Assembly (NCBI GenBank): GCA_000995065.1 | Contig: LBWX01000001.1 | Coordinates: forward strand, 159,563 to 223,562 | Length of the DNA stretch: 64,000 nt | Origin: a candidate division CPR2 bacterium GW2011_GWC2_39_35 | Lineage (GTDB): Bacteria; Patescibacteriota; CPR2 | Reading direction: 5' to 3' | Shown here: positions 29,510 through 39,735 of the stretch, piece by piece | Position numbering within the stretch: the first letter of the stretch is position 1 | How the letters are laid out: every line of letters begins with the position of its first letter | Notes under the pieces: model-generated | What the model was told of the DNA's origin: nothing | The model's database searches: none | Seen by the model: only the letters and a program-made list of their open reading frames with translations | Translations under genes and position numbers: made by a program

Positions 29510-30713
29510 ATGAACATTTTATTTATTAGTCCAAATTCGCCCTTTGAAAGTATCGGCGGCGTCGAGCGTTATCTTGTCAATCTAATGGATTATTTTGAAA
29601 ATAAAAAGGAGTTTGAGATTATAGTTGTCTTGCCAACTTCCGGCAAAAGTTACTCTGAGAAAAAGAGTCATCTAACCATTTATTTTGATGAAAATCTAAA
29701 TTTGGCAAGTGGCTTGGGCGGCAAAAAAGCGATTCCCAACAAGGCTCTCTTATTTTCAAAAGAAATCGAAAATATTATCAAAAAACATGACATCGAAATA
29801 ATCTGCGCCGAAAATTTTCATCTTGGCTTGCCTCCTGCTTATAGCTTGCTTCTTAATATGGTGGCGGGATTAAATAATATCCCGTTGGTTTTAAGAGTTC
29901 ACTCGTTTGCAACTACTCCCTTGCAAGTAGAACTTATCAGTCAGCTAATGTGGAAACGCATCAGTTGTGTCAGTAAAAGCGTAACGGGCGACTGCTTTCA
30001 TAAAGGCGCGGATATAGATAGCTTGCTCACAGATTACCTGGGCGTAAACACTACCACTTTTAAAGACAATCCAAATATCTAGTCAGATAAGAAAAAAATT
30101 AAGCCTATCGTCCGAACATCAAATTGTTCTTACGGCTACCAGAATAATAACGGGTACAAAAAATATCCTTCAGGAAAAAGGGCTGATCAATTTGATTCAA
30201 GCATTTTCAAAAATATCTCCTCGTTATCCAAATTTAAGGCTGCTTATTGCAGTTGGGAAGCCGCCGGTAAGGCTTATTAATGAATTTAATCGAGCGCATG
30301 AGATGCTTATGGGTTATATTAAGCTTCATAATATTGAATCCAAAACAATTGTAAAAACATTTACGTTAGATGAAATGCCCCTGGTTTATAGAGAATCCGA
30401 TGTCTTTGTTTTGCCTTCCGAAAACGAAACATTTGGCCAGGTATTTATTGAGGCTATGGCCAGCGGTTTGCCGGTTATAGGCACCAAAGTTGGAGGTATA
30501 CCCGAGATTATCAGTGATTCATACAATGGCTATCTAATTCCACCGGATGATTCTAGCATGCTCGCACAAAGAATAGAGAAACTTATAACTGATAATGAAA
30601 CTAGAGATAAGTTTATTAAGGCCGGTATAAAAACGGTTAAAAATAAATTTGCCCTCGAAGAACAATTCCTTAATTTTACTAAAATGCTAGAAGCAACCAT
30701 CTCTGCTGGTTAA
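29510..30713 (+). pseudogene. family-4 glycosyltransferase split by a +1 frameshift at an A7 run (~30092-30098)
   Basis: N-terminal GT4 domain in frame 2 (29510..30082). C-terminal Glycos_transf_1 domain (EAMASGLPVIGTKVGGIPEII) in frame 0, which is open from ~30050. Manual translation across the junction is continuous apart from the shift. Confidence 0.6.
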
Positions 30714-30775
30714 TATTTTTTCAACTCGCAAGCAATAGCCCCAATTCTTTTTAAGGATGTGCAACATCGGGGTTA

Positions 30776-31609
30776 TTATTTTAAATCAAACAGTTGTTTC
30801 TTATGCTTAGAGATAGTTCTTCCACTTAAGGCAGCGATCATGAGTAGAAGACCAAGAATAAGAGTATAGACATAGGTTTTCTGAACTGTTGGTAATATAA
30901 GTGGCAATACGTTAGATAAAGCATAAGAAACAGAAGCTCCCAATCCTTCGCCGCTTGGAGTCTTAAGCGGGTGAGATTTTGCAGCCATATTGATAAAAGA
31001 AACGAAAACAGCCGGCAAAAAGCTAGCCAGAAAAAGAATGAATCCGGGCGCAAAAAGTCTACCGAACCTTTTGCTAAAATAGGCAACAAGGGAGATAGAA
31101 ACTAGAGAAATAACAAGAAAAACGAACGAAAATAGACTAAGAGTTTTATGATTCTTTGCACTGATAATTGTAAGTATTCCCGCTTCTTTTTTCATTTTTT
31201 TGACGAGCTCCGGATCATGAGATAATATATTTACCCCTTCAAGTCCATTATCATAAGCTGGCTCGACTATTTGTCTAAAAATATACATTCTTAGCTCGCG
31301 AGGAGTCCTGGTGTTTAAGTCTGTTTCACTGACATATATTTCTAAATTTGGGATGGGCTTAAACTTGCCATCCGGAGAGCTTTTAATCTTTTTCCTAACT
31401 TCGTCAAAATCCTTAGCATCATCCAATCCCTGACGACTAAAAGAAGTAGCTACAATTGTTGTCATAAGCTCGACACCAGGATTTTTGGCGGTAATGAATG
31501 ATAAATTAAAGAGAAGCAAAGTGACGCTTAACAAAAAAACCGATTTTATGCCAAAGATCCATTTTGCATCCACGTGCCAATATGACCTTGTTTTTTCTTT
31601 TTTCTCCAT
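30776..31609 (-). CDS. hypothetical polytopic membrane protein
   Basis: 277 aa with several hydrophobic helices. Confidence 0.4.
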   Translation of the reverse strand: MEKKEKTRSYWHVDAKWIFGIKSVFLLSVTLLLFNLSFITAKNPGVELMTTIVATSFSRQGLDDAKDFDEVRKKIKSSPDGKFKPIPNLEIYVSETDLNTRTPRELRMYIFRQIVEPAYDNGLEGVNILSHDPELVKKMKKEAGILTIISAKNHKTLSLFSFVFLVISLVSISLVAYFSKRFGRLFAPGFILFLASFLPAVFVSFINMAAKSHPLKTPSGEGLGASVSYALSNVLPLILPTVQKTYVYTLILGLLLMIAALSGRTISKHKKQLFDLK

Positions 31610-31731
31610 ATTAATATTCTAGCGTAAAATATTCGGTTTGACGATAAAGAAGGGGATATTAAGTAACTATTATTAGCCGAATAACCAAAGAAACAGTTAA
31701 AAGATAGCATAAAATAAAATTAGGAGGTTTT

Positions 31732-31986
31732 ATGTGTCCGTTTTGTCCGCATAATTTTGGTTTAGGATTTGGTCAAACAGCGTTTTGGGTTGGTACCGTG
31801 CTTAGTATTCTTTTTTGGTCGGCTTTTATCTACTTTATTTATTGGCTCATAAAAAGAGCTGGGTGGCTGGAGCGACCCGAAGCAAGAGGTCGGGAAAATG
31901 CCCTGAGAATTTTAGACGAGCGTTTTGCTAAAGGCGAGATCGATAAAAAAGAATACGAGGAAAGAAAAAGAGATCTACAAAAATAA
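31732..31986 (+). CDS. SHOCT-domain small membrane protein
   Basis: N-terminal TM plus the C-terminal ERFAKGEIDKKEYEERKRDL SHOCT signature. Confidence 0.55.
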   Translation: MCPFCPHNFGLGFGQTAFWVGTVLSILFWSAFIYFIYWLIKRAGWLERPEARGRENALRILDERFAKGEIDKKEYEERKRDLQK

Positions 31987-32903
31987 TGGAGCACGGTTAT
32001 CACGGAACCACAACTAACATTAAAGCCTTGCGTATCAGTGCTATCCTCATCTTTGTATATTTTATTTTTGAAATTATCGTTGCTTTTATAACCCATAGTT
32101 TAGCCTTATTGGCTGACGCCGCTCACGAATTATCAACTGTTGTGGCTATTGGAATCTCGCTAATTGCTATAGAGTTAGGCGCTAGAAAACCAACACCGGA
32201 AAGAACTTTTGGATTTTTAAGGCTAGAAGTCGTAGCCGCTTTTGTTAATGGCCTGCTTCTTTTGGGAATGGCAGGTTTTATCTTAACTCGCGGTTTTAAT
32301 AGGGTGATGCATCCCATCGAGATTCCATCTACACCAATGTTTATTGTTGGTATTGGTGGAATAGGGCTAGAAATTGCCGCTCTTTACATAATGTATCGCG
32401 GCCAAAAAGAGAACTTAAACATCAGGGGCGCTTTCTGGCATGTTGTTAATGCTTTTATGGGGAGCATTGCCGTAATCCTTGCTGCAACTTTTATCTTTTT
32501 TGGCCGTGTTTTTGTGGCTGATGCTTGGGCCGGCATCATCTTTGCTTTTGTATTAATTTGGGCTTCTTATGGGCTTATTAGGGATTCTTTTAATATCCTA
32601 ATCGATACCACCCCCAAAAACATATATCTAGTTGATATCGAAAGAGATCTAAAGAATATAAACGGCGTTATAGAAACTCACCATCTTCATGCCAGAGCGG
32701 TAGCCGAAAATATCAAAACCTTTAGCGGACACCTAATAGTTAAAGACCTAAAAGATTCTGAAAGAATTCTAAGAGAAGCAAAGGAAATTTTAGATATAAA
32801 ATATAAGTTTTCCTTGTCAACTATCCAGCTAGAAAACGAGGAGTTGGCGGAAAGTGACACAAAGGAGCTAGAATACGGGGAAAGAGATCACGTGGACCAC
32901 TGA
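31986..32903 (+). CDS. cation diffusion facilitator (CDF) family metal efflux transporter
   Basis: HSLALLADAAHELSTV TM2 signature, six TMs and a C-terminal cytoplasmic domain. Confidence 0.8.
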   Translation: MEHGYHGTTTNIKALRISAILIFVYFIFEIIVAFITHSLALLADAAHELSTVVAIGISLIAIELGARKPTPERTFGFLRLEVVAAFVNGLLLLGMAGFILTRGFNRVMHPIEIPSTPMFIVGIGGIGLEIAALYIMYRGQKENLNIRGAFWHVVNAFMGSIAVILAATFIFFGRVFVADAWAGIIFAFVLIWASYGLIRDSFNILIDTTPKNIYLVDIERDLKNINGVIETHHLHARAVAENIKTFSGHLIVKDLKDSERILREAKEILDIKYKFSLSTIQLENEELAESDTKELEYGERDHVDH

Positions 32904-33105
32904 CATCTTAAAGTAACCAATTTCAATTTGATAATAATAAAGGGCAGAAGATCTCCCCCCCCAACTGTCGTCCTGGCCGGACAGCGGGAGATTTTACAAC
33001 AAAAAAGGAATTCCGAGCCGAGCCAAACTTTAATAATATTTTGATAAACTATTTAAATTTTTTGGATTTACTTATATAATAGATGCTGTTAAAAAGAGGA
33101 TTACG

Positions 33106-33957
33106 ATGAATATATTAAAAACTTTTTTACTTCTAGGACTTCTCTCCGCCCTGATGGTACTTTTAGGAAAAACTTTTGGCGGCCAAACAGGAATGCTTAT
33201 CATGCTTGGCATATCCTTAGCTATGAACTTTTTCGGCTACTGGTTTTCGGATAAAATGGTACTTAAGATGACCAAGGCCAAACCGGTAAGCAAAGATAAA
33301 GAACGGGAATTGTATCATATGGTAGAAGAGATTTCCCATAGTGCCGGCATACCTGTTCCAAAAATTTACATGACAGACGATATGCAGCCCAATGCGTTTG
33401 CTACCGGCAGAAACCATAACCACGCAGTTGTTGCCGTAACTAGGGGGTTAATGGAGCTAGTCGATAAAAATGAGCTTAAGGGAGTAATTGCGCACGAGAT
33501 TGCGCACGTAAAAAATCGAGATATTTTAATAGGGTCCGTTGCCGCAATGATGGCCGGCGTAATCTCATACCTTGCCCAGATTGCCCAATGGGGCGCTATG
33601 TTCGGTGGTTTTGGCGGAGATGACGAAGAAGATGGGGGAAATATCGTTGGCACGCTAGTTTTAGCAATTGTCGCTCCCATTGCCGCCATGCTGGTGCAGA
33701 TGGCTATTTCCAGATCCAGGGAGTTTCATGCTGATGCCACTGGCGCCAGCTTTGCAAAAGATACCCAGGGATTATCCAGTGCCCTAGAGAAACTAGAAGT
33801 AGCCTCCAAGCGAATTCCAATGCGTCACGCCAATCCGTCTACGGCCCATATGTATATCTCCAATCCTTTAAGGGGTAGGGGAATGTTATCACTTTTTAGC
33901 ACCCACCCGACAACAAAAGCCCGGGTAGAAAAGCTTAGAGCTCTTAAAATCACTTAA
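33106..33957 (+). CDS. htpX: M48 zinc metalloprotease HtpX
   Basis: HEIAHV zinc-binding motif, membrane topology, 283 aa. Confidence 0.85.
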   Translation: MNILKTFLLLGLLSALMVLLGKTFGGQTGMLIMLGISLAMNFFGYWFSDKMVLKMTKAKPVSKDKERELYHMVEEISHSAGIPVPKIYMTDDMQPNAFATGRNHNHAVVAVTRGLMELVDKNELKGVIAHEIAHVKNRDILIGSVAAMMAGVISYLAQIAQWGAMFGGFGGDDEEDGGNIVGTLVLAIVAPIAAMLVQMAISRSREFHADATGASFAKDTQGLSSALEKLEVASKRIPMRHANPSTAHMYISNPLRGRGMLSLFSTHPTTKARVEKLRALKIT

Positions 33958-33994
33958 GCGAGAACAGGGATAAAAAAAGCATCTTGTTTTCGGG

Positions 33995-34030
33995 TTCGGT
34001 AACCGGAATTTTTGTTTTCCGGTTACCGGA
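33995..34030 (+). terminator. hairpin TTCGGTAACCGGAA-tttttgtttt-CCGGTTACCGGA downstream of htpX
   Basis: 12-13-bp stem with a T-rich loop. Confidence 0.45.
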
Positions 34031-34244
34031 GACCCTTTTACAAAATGCCATTTGCGTTATCTTTTTGCAGTACACTATTTGATCATGCGTCATACGTGCC
34101 TTCATGAATCCCGCAACCGCCTATTATGGTTACCGGCCCACTCATGTCTAATGGAATATTATTGTCAGCGTTCTCAGACATTACACACCTCCTTTCGTGA
34201 ATCGATGCCTAACTTTCTGACTTTGCTTCTACAAAGAATTACCG

Positions 34245-35060
34245 CTACCAGCTCCACTTCCTCAATATATCTCCGATTACAAAACCAGATCCTTGTTTGC
34301 CAACCGTAAAGCCGCTTTCACCCTGTAATTTCTGCTGGTTCTTACTAAGCAGTTGATCCAAGAGGTCATGCATGATTTTTGGATTTATCGTCTGTGCTAC
34401 AACACATCTCTTAAATAGATCATTCTCGTAGAAAGCTAGGACAAGAAACCCGTTCCTGTAAATAGTGTAGGAGAAATGCGTTCCCCTTGTCGAGTCCTTG
34501 CACTCGGAAAGATAACAATCCACCATCGCAACAATTGGACAATTTGACAGATCTTCTTCAACCACCTTCGACAACCGCAAGCATTTTTTCATTGCCTGAT
34601 GCACAGTATGCAGCTGTTTTTTGTCGGTTATCGGTATGCTAGCGCCATCCGAAATTCGATCAATCCAAATACGCTTAACGCCGTAAAAACAGACTTCTTC
34701 TGGGCTTGCCGGCACTTCTCTTAGAAAGGTCATTAACATGGAAGTATCGGCCGCTCGATAAGTATCGTACGAGAACATGTCAATCGGATTCGTATTATAG
34801 CAAATTAGCCCTTCGGAAATTTCGATGTCTACACCTCTACAACAACCATCGTCATAAACGCCGATTCGAAATCCTGGCCCCGACGTATCCGGAAAATATG
34901 TACTACCCGATGTTTCTAATGATTCCAGAAGCAGACCTTTAAATTTGGCTAACAATTCCGGAATGTATACCTGCTTTTCTTTTTCTTCTCTACCTGCTTC
35001 TCTTTCCTCAATTTTAAGACATGTTACTTCTTCTAATAAACTACCGAGTTCATAATCCAT
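34245..35060 (-). CDS. hypothetical Cys-rich protein, compositionally atypical (GC-richer than neighbours)
   Basis: 271-aa ORF on the opposite strand to its neighbours. No recognisable motif. Confidence 0.4.
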   Translation of the reverse strand: MDYELGSLLEEVTCLKIEEREAGREEKEKQVYIPELLAKFKGLLLESLETSGSTYFPDTSGPGFRIGVYDDGCCRGVDIEISEGLICYNTNPIDMFSYDTYRAADTSMLMTFLREVPASPEEVCFYGVKRIWIDRISDGASIPITDKKQLHTVHQAMKKCLRLSKVVEEDLSNCPIVAMVDCYLSECKDSTRGTHFSYTIYRNGFLVLAFYENDLFKRCVVAQTINPKIMHDLLDQLLSKNQQKLQGESGFTVGKQGSGFVIGDILRKWSW

Positions 35061-35190
35061 CCGCTGTCACCCCGATTCCTTATTGTTTTTTTATCATAAG
35101 ACCAAGTTATAAAGGCACAATCAATCGCCGTTTTAGATATGGATTATATCAGAGATATGGCCATCTCTCAAGAAAAACGAGGCAAAATTA

Positions 35191-35219
35191 TTGACAAAAG
35201 CATAAAATTAGCGTAGAAT
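35191..35219 (+). promoter_or_regulatory. sigma70-like promoter TTGACA-17 bp-TAGAAT upstream of typA
   Basis: Direct reading. Confidence 0.4.
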
Positions 35220-35373
35220 AATGAGGTTGTTAATTACTAAATTTTTCCACTAGACTCGCCTTCGAAATAACCTTCGAACAGGCAGGTATACCTAGAGAAA
35301 TGCCAACAGAAAAGGCTTTTTTTATCCGTTGGAGCCGGATTTCGCATTAAATAATAAAGGATTGGTACTCAAT

Positions 35374-37185
35374 ATGAATTTAAGAAACGTTGCCATTATT
35401 GCTCACGTAGACCACGGAAAAACCACTCTAGTCGATGGTTTACTCAAACAATCTAAAACTTTTAGAGAAAACGAGGCGGCTTTTAGTCAGACTCTTATTA
35501 TGGACTCCAACGATCAGGAGCGCGAAAGAGGCATTACTATTTTATCCAAAAATACAGCCGTTAAATATGGGGAAACCAAAATTAATATTATTGACACCCC
35601 GGGACACGCCGATTTTGGCGGAGAAGTAGAAAGAATTTTAAATATGGCAGACGGCGCCATCCTCGTAGTTGATGCCCAGGAAGGCCCAATGCCGCAAACC
35701 AAATTTGTATTGAAAAAAGCCTTAGAGATTGGCCTAAAGCCGATTGTAGTCATAAATAAAATTGATAAGCCTAATTCTAGAATTGATGAAGTAATTTCTA
35801 AGACTAGCGATTTGTTTTTAGACTTAGCTACCAATACCGACCAGTTAGACTTTCCTGTTTATTATGCCGTTGGACGTGATGGAAAAGCCTGGAATGAAAT
35901 GCCGGAAAATTCTGACGAAATAGCCGACCTTACACCTGTTTTTGATGCTATTTTAAATCATGTTCCGGCTCCGGACGTAGCGCATGACGAACCTTTTCAG
36001 ATGCTTGTTACCTCGCTAGACCGAGACAGTTTTCAGGGCAAACACGTAATTGGCCGCATTAAGCGCGGCTTCATTAAGCCTGGAACCACCATCACCTTGA
36101 TTAAAAAAGATGGTACTACCGAGCAATCTAGAATCGATAAGGTTTACGTTTCTCAAGGATTAAAAAAGATCGAAATCGAAGAGGCTAACGCCGGAGAGAT
36201 TGTATCTCTAACCGGTGTAAGAAACGCAAGCATCGGCGATACTATAGCCGATAGCCAGAACCCGGAAGCCTTGCCAACCATCGAAATCGAAGAACCTACC
36301 TTAAAAATGTCTGTTGGCGCAAATACATCTCCGTTTGCCGGCAAAGAAGGTCAATTTGTAACCAGCCGTCAGATCTTGGAAAGAATCAATAAAGAGCTAG
36401 AAACCAATGTTTCTCTAAAAATGGAGATGGGAGGAGAGGGGAACTATATTCTTTCCGGACGTGGCGAGCTTCATTTGTCGGTATTCATCGAAAACTTGAG
36501 ACGCGAAGGTTTTGAGCTTCAGGTTGGAAAACCTCAGGTAATTACTAAGATTGTTAGTGGCAAGGAGAATGAACCAATAGAGGAATTAACGATAGATGTT
36601 GCTACCGAGCATGTCGGAGCGGTAACCTCAGAAGTTGGCCGTCGTAAAGGCAACTTGCTAGCCCAAGAAGAGAATGCCGATAGCACTACAAGGCTTATGT
36701 TTGAAATCTCAACTAGAGGTTTGTTAGGCCTTAGAAACCAGCTTTTAACTTTGTCGCGCGGCACAGCCATCATGAACTCTCTATTTCTAAGATTCCAGCC
36801 GGTTGGCGCACCTATTCCACGTCTCCGAAATGGCGCCCTAATTGCCAGCGAGCCGGGCAAAGCCGTGGCTTATGGTCTTAATAACGCCCAAGCGAGAGGA
36901 ACAGTCTTTATTAATCCCCAGACACAAGTGTACGAGGGAATGATTGTAGGCCTAAATGCCCGTGAAGGCGACCTAGAAATAAATGTAACTAAAGAAAAGA
37001 AGCTTACCAATGTCAGGGCTTCTAGTTCCGATGAGGCCATTGCCCTAACTCCGCCAACAGTTTTATCCCTAGAACAGTCCTTGGACTTCTTGGAAGATGA
37101 CGAACTCTTAGAAGTAACTCCGAAATACTTAAGACTCAGAAAGAGGCTCTTAAATGCAACAGCGAGATCTAGAGCAAGGAAATAA
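35374..37185 (+). CDS. typA: translational GTPase TypA/BipA
   Basis: AIIAHVDHGKTTL G1 motif, DTPGHADF and NKIDK motifs, BipA-type C-terminal domains. ATG at 35374 preferred over the track start at 35329. Confidence 0.85.
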   Translation: MNLRNVAIIAHVDHGKTTLVDGLLKQSKTFRENEAAFSQTLIMDSNDQERERGITILSKNTAVKYGETKINIIDTPGHADFGGEVERILNMADGAILVVDAQEGPMPQTKFVLKKALEIGLKPIVVINKIDKPNSRIDEVISKTSDLFLDLATNTDQLDFPVYYAVGRDGKAWNEMPENSDEIADLTPVFDAILNHVPAPDVAHDEPFQMLVTSLDRDSFQGKHVIGRIKRGFIKPGTTITLIKKDGTTEQSRIDKVYVSQGLKKIEIEEANAGEIVSLTGVRNASIGDTIADSQNPEALPTIEIEEPTLKMSVGANTSPFAGKEGQFVTSRQILERINKELETNVSLKMEMGGEGNYILSGRGELHLSVFIENLRREGFELQVGKPQVITKIVSGKENEPIEELTIDVATEHVGAVTSEVGRRKGNLLAQEENADSTTRLMFEISTRGLLGLRNQLLTLSRGTAIMNSLFLRFQPVGAPIPRLRNGALIASEPGKAVAYGLNNAQARGTVFINPQTQVYEGMIVGLNAREGDLEINVTKEKKLTNVRASSSDEAIALTPPTVLSLEQSLDFLEDDELLEVTPKYLRLRKRLLNATARSRARK

Positions 37186-37307
37186 ATAGGCGAATAGGTT
37201 AATTGGTTGATGGGCTAATAGGGAAATAAGATGTCTTGTTGTTTGAGCGAAGAGCTACCTTGACCAGAATTAAGAGTCAAGAATTATGAATAGAGAAAAG
37301 ACGAAAG

Positions 37308-37331
37308 AGGCCCCTTAAACCGGGGCTTTTT
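37308..37331 (+). terminator. rho-independent terminator AGGCCCC-ttaaac-CGGGGCTTTTT
   Basis: Direct reading downstream of typA. Confidence 0.6.
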
Positions 37332-37665
37332 AATGCAAAAATCCCCTAGGCCAACCCAGGTCTTCTCGGCAGGAAAATATCAAGAAAAATGTCATTCCCG
37401 ACTAGACCATTAAAAAATATAATCCGTTGATCAGGAATCTAGAACTTTTTATTGAATTGTTCTATTTAGGAAAAGGGCGCACAGAGCTTTTGAAATTACT
37501 TAGGATCAGTTATAACCTTCGAGCACCTTTTCCGGTTGTGTGTTTGTTCTCTTTTTGCGATGTGCTACTTTCACAGGACGGTATTCCACCAGCGACTCCA
37601 CGAAAACTGGCGCCTTCGTTTCTTTGTCTCCCGTCTATCCTTTACTTATGAAAGCTACTTCTCCA

Positions 37666-37794
37666 GCCAGCAGGTAGGACTTGAACCTAACCATTGGTCC
37701 CTTAGTTATAGATTTATCAATTGAGGCATTTAACTAAGCAACTGTTTTATCTGTGCGCTGCTGGTATTATAACAATAAATTCCATATTTGGCAA
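37666..37794 (-). ncRNA. candidate small RNA with tRNA-like 3' module (T-arm GGUUCAAGUCC, 7-bp terminal helix CCAGCAG/CUGCUGG) driven by a TTGCCA-17 bp-TATAAT promoter (37766-37794)
   Basis: Manual reverse-complement reading. Does not fold into a canonical cloverleaf: ~99 nt, internal 8-bp hairpin CUUAGUUA/UAACUAAG, and no GG D-loop. Confidence 0.3.
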
Positions 37795-37873
37795 AGGAGA
37801 ATTAAGATAACTTCTCCATAAAATCGAAGAATAATATTGAGTGCTTGATGCGTTAAATATGTAAGTCGCGAAT

Positions 37874-39226
37874 TTACTTCACAAAAGTTAGAGCGACGCC
37901 GCGATTGTTGGCGCGGCCGGTTCGGCCAATTCTATGAATATAGTCGTCAAAGCTTTCGGGGAGATCGTAATTAATAACGTGGGTCACGCCATCAATGTCT
38001 AAGCCTCTAGCGGCTACGTCAGTAGCCACCAAAATATTTAGTTCATCTTGCTTAAACGACCTCAAGGCTCTTTCTCTTTTGTTTTGAGGCTTGTCGCCAT
38101 GAATAGAAGTTGATTTAAACCCTCTAACGGCTAGTTCTCTGGATAACTCCTCAACACCTCTTTTGGTTTTGCCAAAGATCAACACTTTCTCGAATTCTTC
38201 CTGAATCAGAAGTTCATGTAAAACTTCAATTTTCTGCTGGTCCCTTGGTACTTTTACGATATCTTGTTCGACATTATCGGATGTTTGAGACGCCTTAACA
38301 GAAACCGTAATCGGATTTGTAAGGAACGTCTGGATAAGACTGTTTATTCTTGGCGAAATTGTAGCGGAAAAAAACAAGGATTGTCTTTTTTGAGGTAGGT
38401 AAGACATAATTTTCTGAATATCCTCGATAAAACCCATATCTACCATTCTATCTACCTCGTCCAAAACAATATTCTGGAAGCCAGGTAGTCTTAATTTGCC
38501 TCTCTTTATAAGGTCGTTGATTCTGCCCGGCGTTCCAATAACAAATTGGGGTTGTCTTTGGAGGTTAGAGATCTGCCTTCCGATATTAGCACCACCAATA
38601 ACCTGAACCGAAAAGAGTCTCATTCCTCTGGAAAATTCTCTAAACTCGGCGTCAATCTGACTGGCAAGCTCTCTGGTTGGAGTAACAATAAGAACTCTCT
38701 GACTCTTGTCTTTAAAAATCTTATCAATAAGAGGAACTATGAAAGCTCCTGTCTTACCGGTACCGGTACTAGCAATACCAATAACATCTCTACCTTCTAA
38801 AAGATGGGGGATGGATTGATCCTGAATAGGGGTCGGGGTTGTATAATTTTTTTGTTCAATATTTTTCTTTAGCTCTGCCGAGATATCAAAATCAGCAAAC
38901 CGATGTTCTGAAACATATTCTTCGGACTCGCTCACGGGAGCCGCCTTTTTGATATACCTAGAGTAATCTTCGGCCTGCCTAAAATTACCTCTTCGAGGCT
39001 TACTAGACCAATTTTTTCTATAACCGGAACTAGTAAAAGAACTTTGGCTTCTGCTAGCACTTCCATAAGGCACGAAATTACCTCGTGATCCCTGAAAAGT
39101 ACTAGTTTGACCTCCGCTATTATTAGAATTACTTGAAGCAAAATTATATTTGCTTTTTGGTTTAGACGAGTTGAAGCCGCCTTTACCTCTGCCTTTTGAA
39201 ACAGAATTAAAAGATTTTTGATACAT
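37874..39226 (-). CDS. DEAD-box ATP-dependent RNA helicase (DEVD variant) with RG/S-rich N-terminal tail
   Basis: ASTGTGKT motif I, PTRELA, LDEVDRM (motif II), SAT, VATDVAARGLD and HRIGRTGR motifs. Confidence 0.85.
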   Translation of the reverse strand: MYQKSFNSVSKGRGKGGFNSSKPKSKYNFASSNSNNSGGQTSTFQGSRGNFVPYGSASRSQSSFTSSGYRKNWSSKPRRGNFRQAEDYSRYIKKAAPVSESEEYVSEHRFADFDISAELKKNIEQKNYTTPTPIQDQSIPHLLEGRDVIGIASTGTGKTGAFIVPLIDKIFKDKSQRVLIVTPTRELASQIDAEFREFSRGMRLFSVQVIGGANIGRQISNLQRQPQFVIGTPGRINDLIKRGKLRLPGFQNIVLDEVDRMVDMGFIEDIQKIMSYLPQKRQSLFFSATISPRINSLIQTFLTNPITVSVKASQTSDNVEQDIVKVPRDQQKIEVLHELLIQEEFEKVLIFGKTKRGVEELSRELAVRGFKSTSIHGDKPQNKRERALRSFKQDELNILVATDVAARGLDIDGVTHVINYDLPESFDDYIHRIGRTGRANNRGVALTFVK

Positions 39227-39521
39227 AACACTCTTTCCTGCCCGCCTTATTTTGGCTGGGCTGTCCGCCTAAGTTTTCTTCAAAAATCTTGACGGATCGT
39301 TCTCGCATACAGCGAACTTAAATTTATTTACGTCGCTAGTATGAAATCCCGAGTATTTGTATTAAACATCCTTTTTAAAAAAGGCTCGCATCCATAAAAA
39401 CAACTTGTTTACTATATCACATAACAATATATTTGTCCAGTCTTAATTCAAAAATTTGCTGGCAACTGCTAGCATTTTTCCTTACAATTAAATCATAATC
39501 TATAAATAAGCAGGGATAGAA

Positions 39522-39734
39522 ATGAAAGATAACCAAAAACGTTTTTTTATTACATCACTTTTAATATTAGTTGTCATTGTAGCTAGCTACTTTGCTCTTA
39601 AGAATGCGACCGAGAATCAGGAGAAAGAAAGGCAGGATAGGGAACAATTCATCGAAAAAATGAAAAAAGATATTGAAAAAGAAAATAGAGAAAAGGCAGA
39701 GAGCAGCAACTTACATAGCCTAAAGGTCTTATAA
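39522..39734 (+). CDS. hypothetical small membrane/coiled-coil protein
   Basis: 70 aa with an N-terminal TM helix. Directly precedes the Nudix gene. Confidence 0.35.
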   Translation: MKDNQKRFFITSLLILVVIVASYFALKNATENQEKERQDREQFIEKMKKDIEKENREKAESSNLHSLKVL

Positions 39735-39735
39735 G

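Noticed and set aside
35329-35373. Track start of typA at 35329 (MEPDFALNNK...)
   Set aside because: The conserved GTPase N-terminus begins at MNLRNVAII (ATG 35374). The upstream extension has no homology and overlaps the promoter/leader.
37427-37724. Two plus-strand ORFs (74 and 62 aa) in the track
   Set aside because: They overlap the promoter-driven antisense RNA candidate, have no SD, and are low-complexity. Likely spurious.
37186-37873. tmRNA or RNase P RNA in the large ORF-free region
   Set aside because: No tag-peptide reading frame or GGGG...5' acceptor for tmRNA. No GGAAAGTCCGG or AGGGTGAAA-GGTGCGGTAAGAGCGCACC P-RNA signatures were found on either strand.
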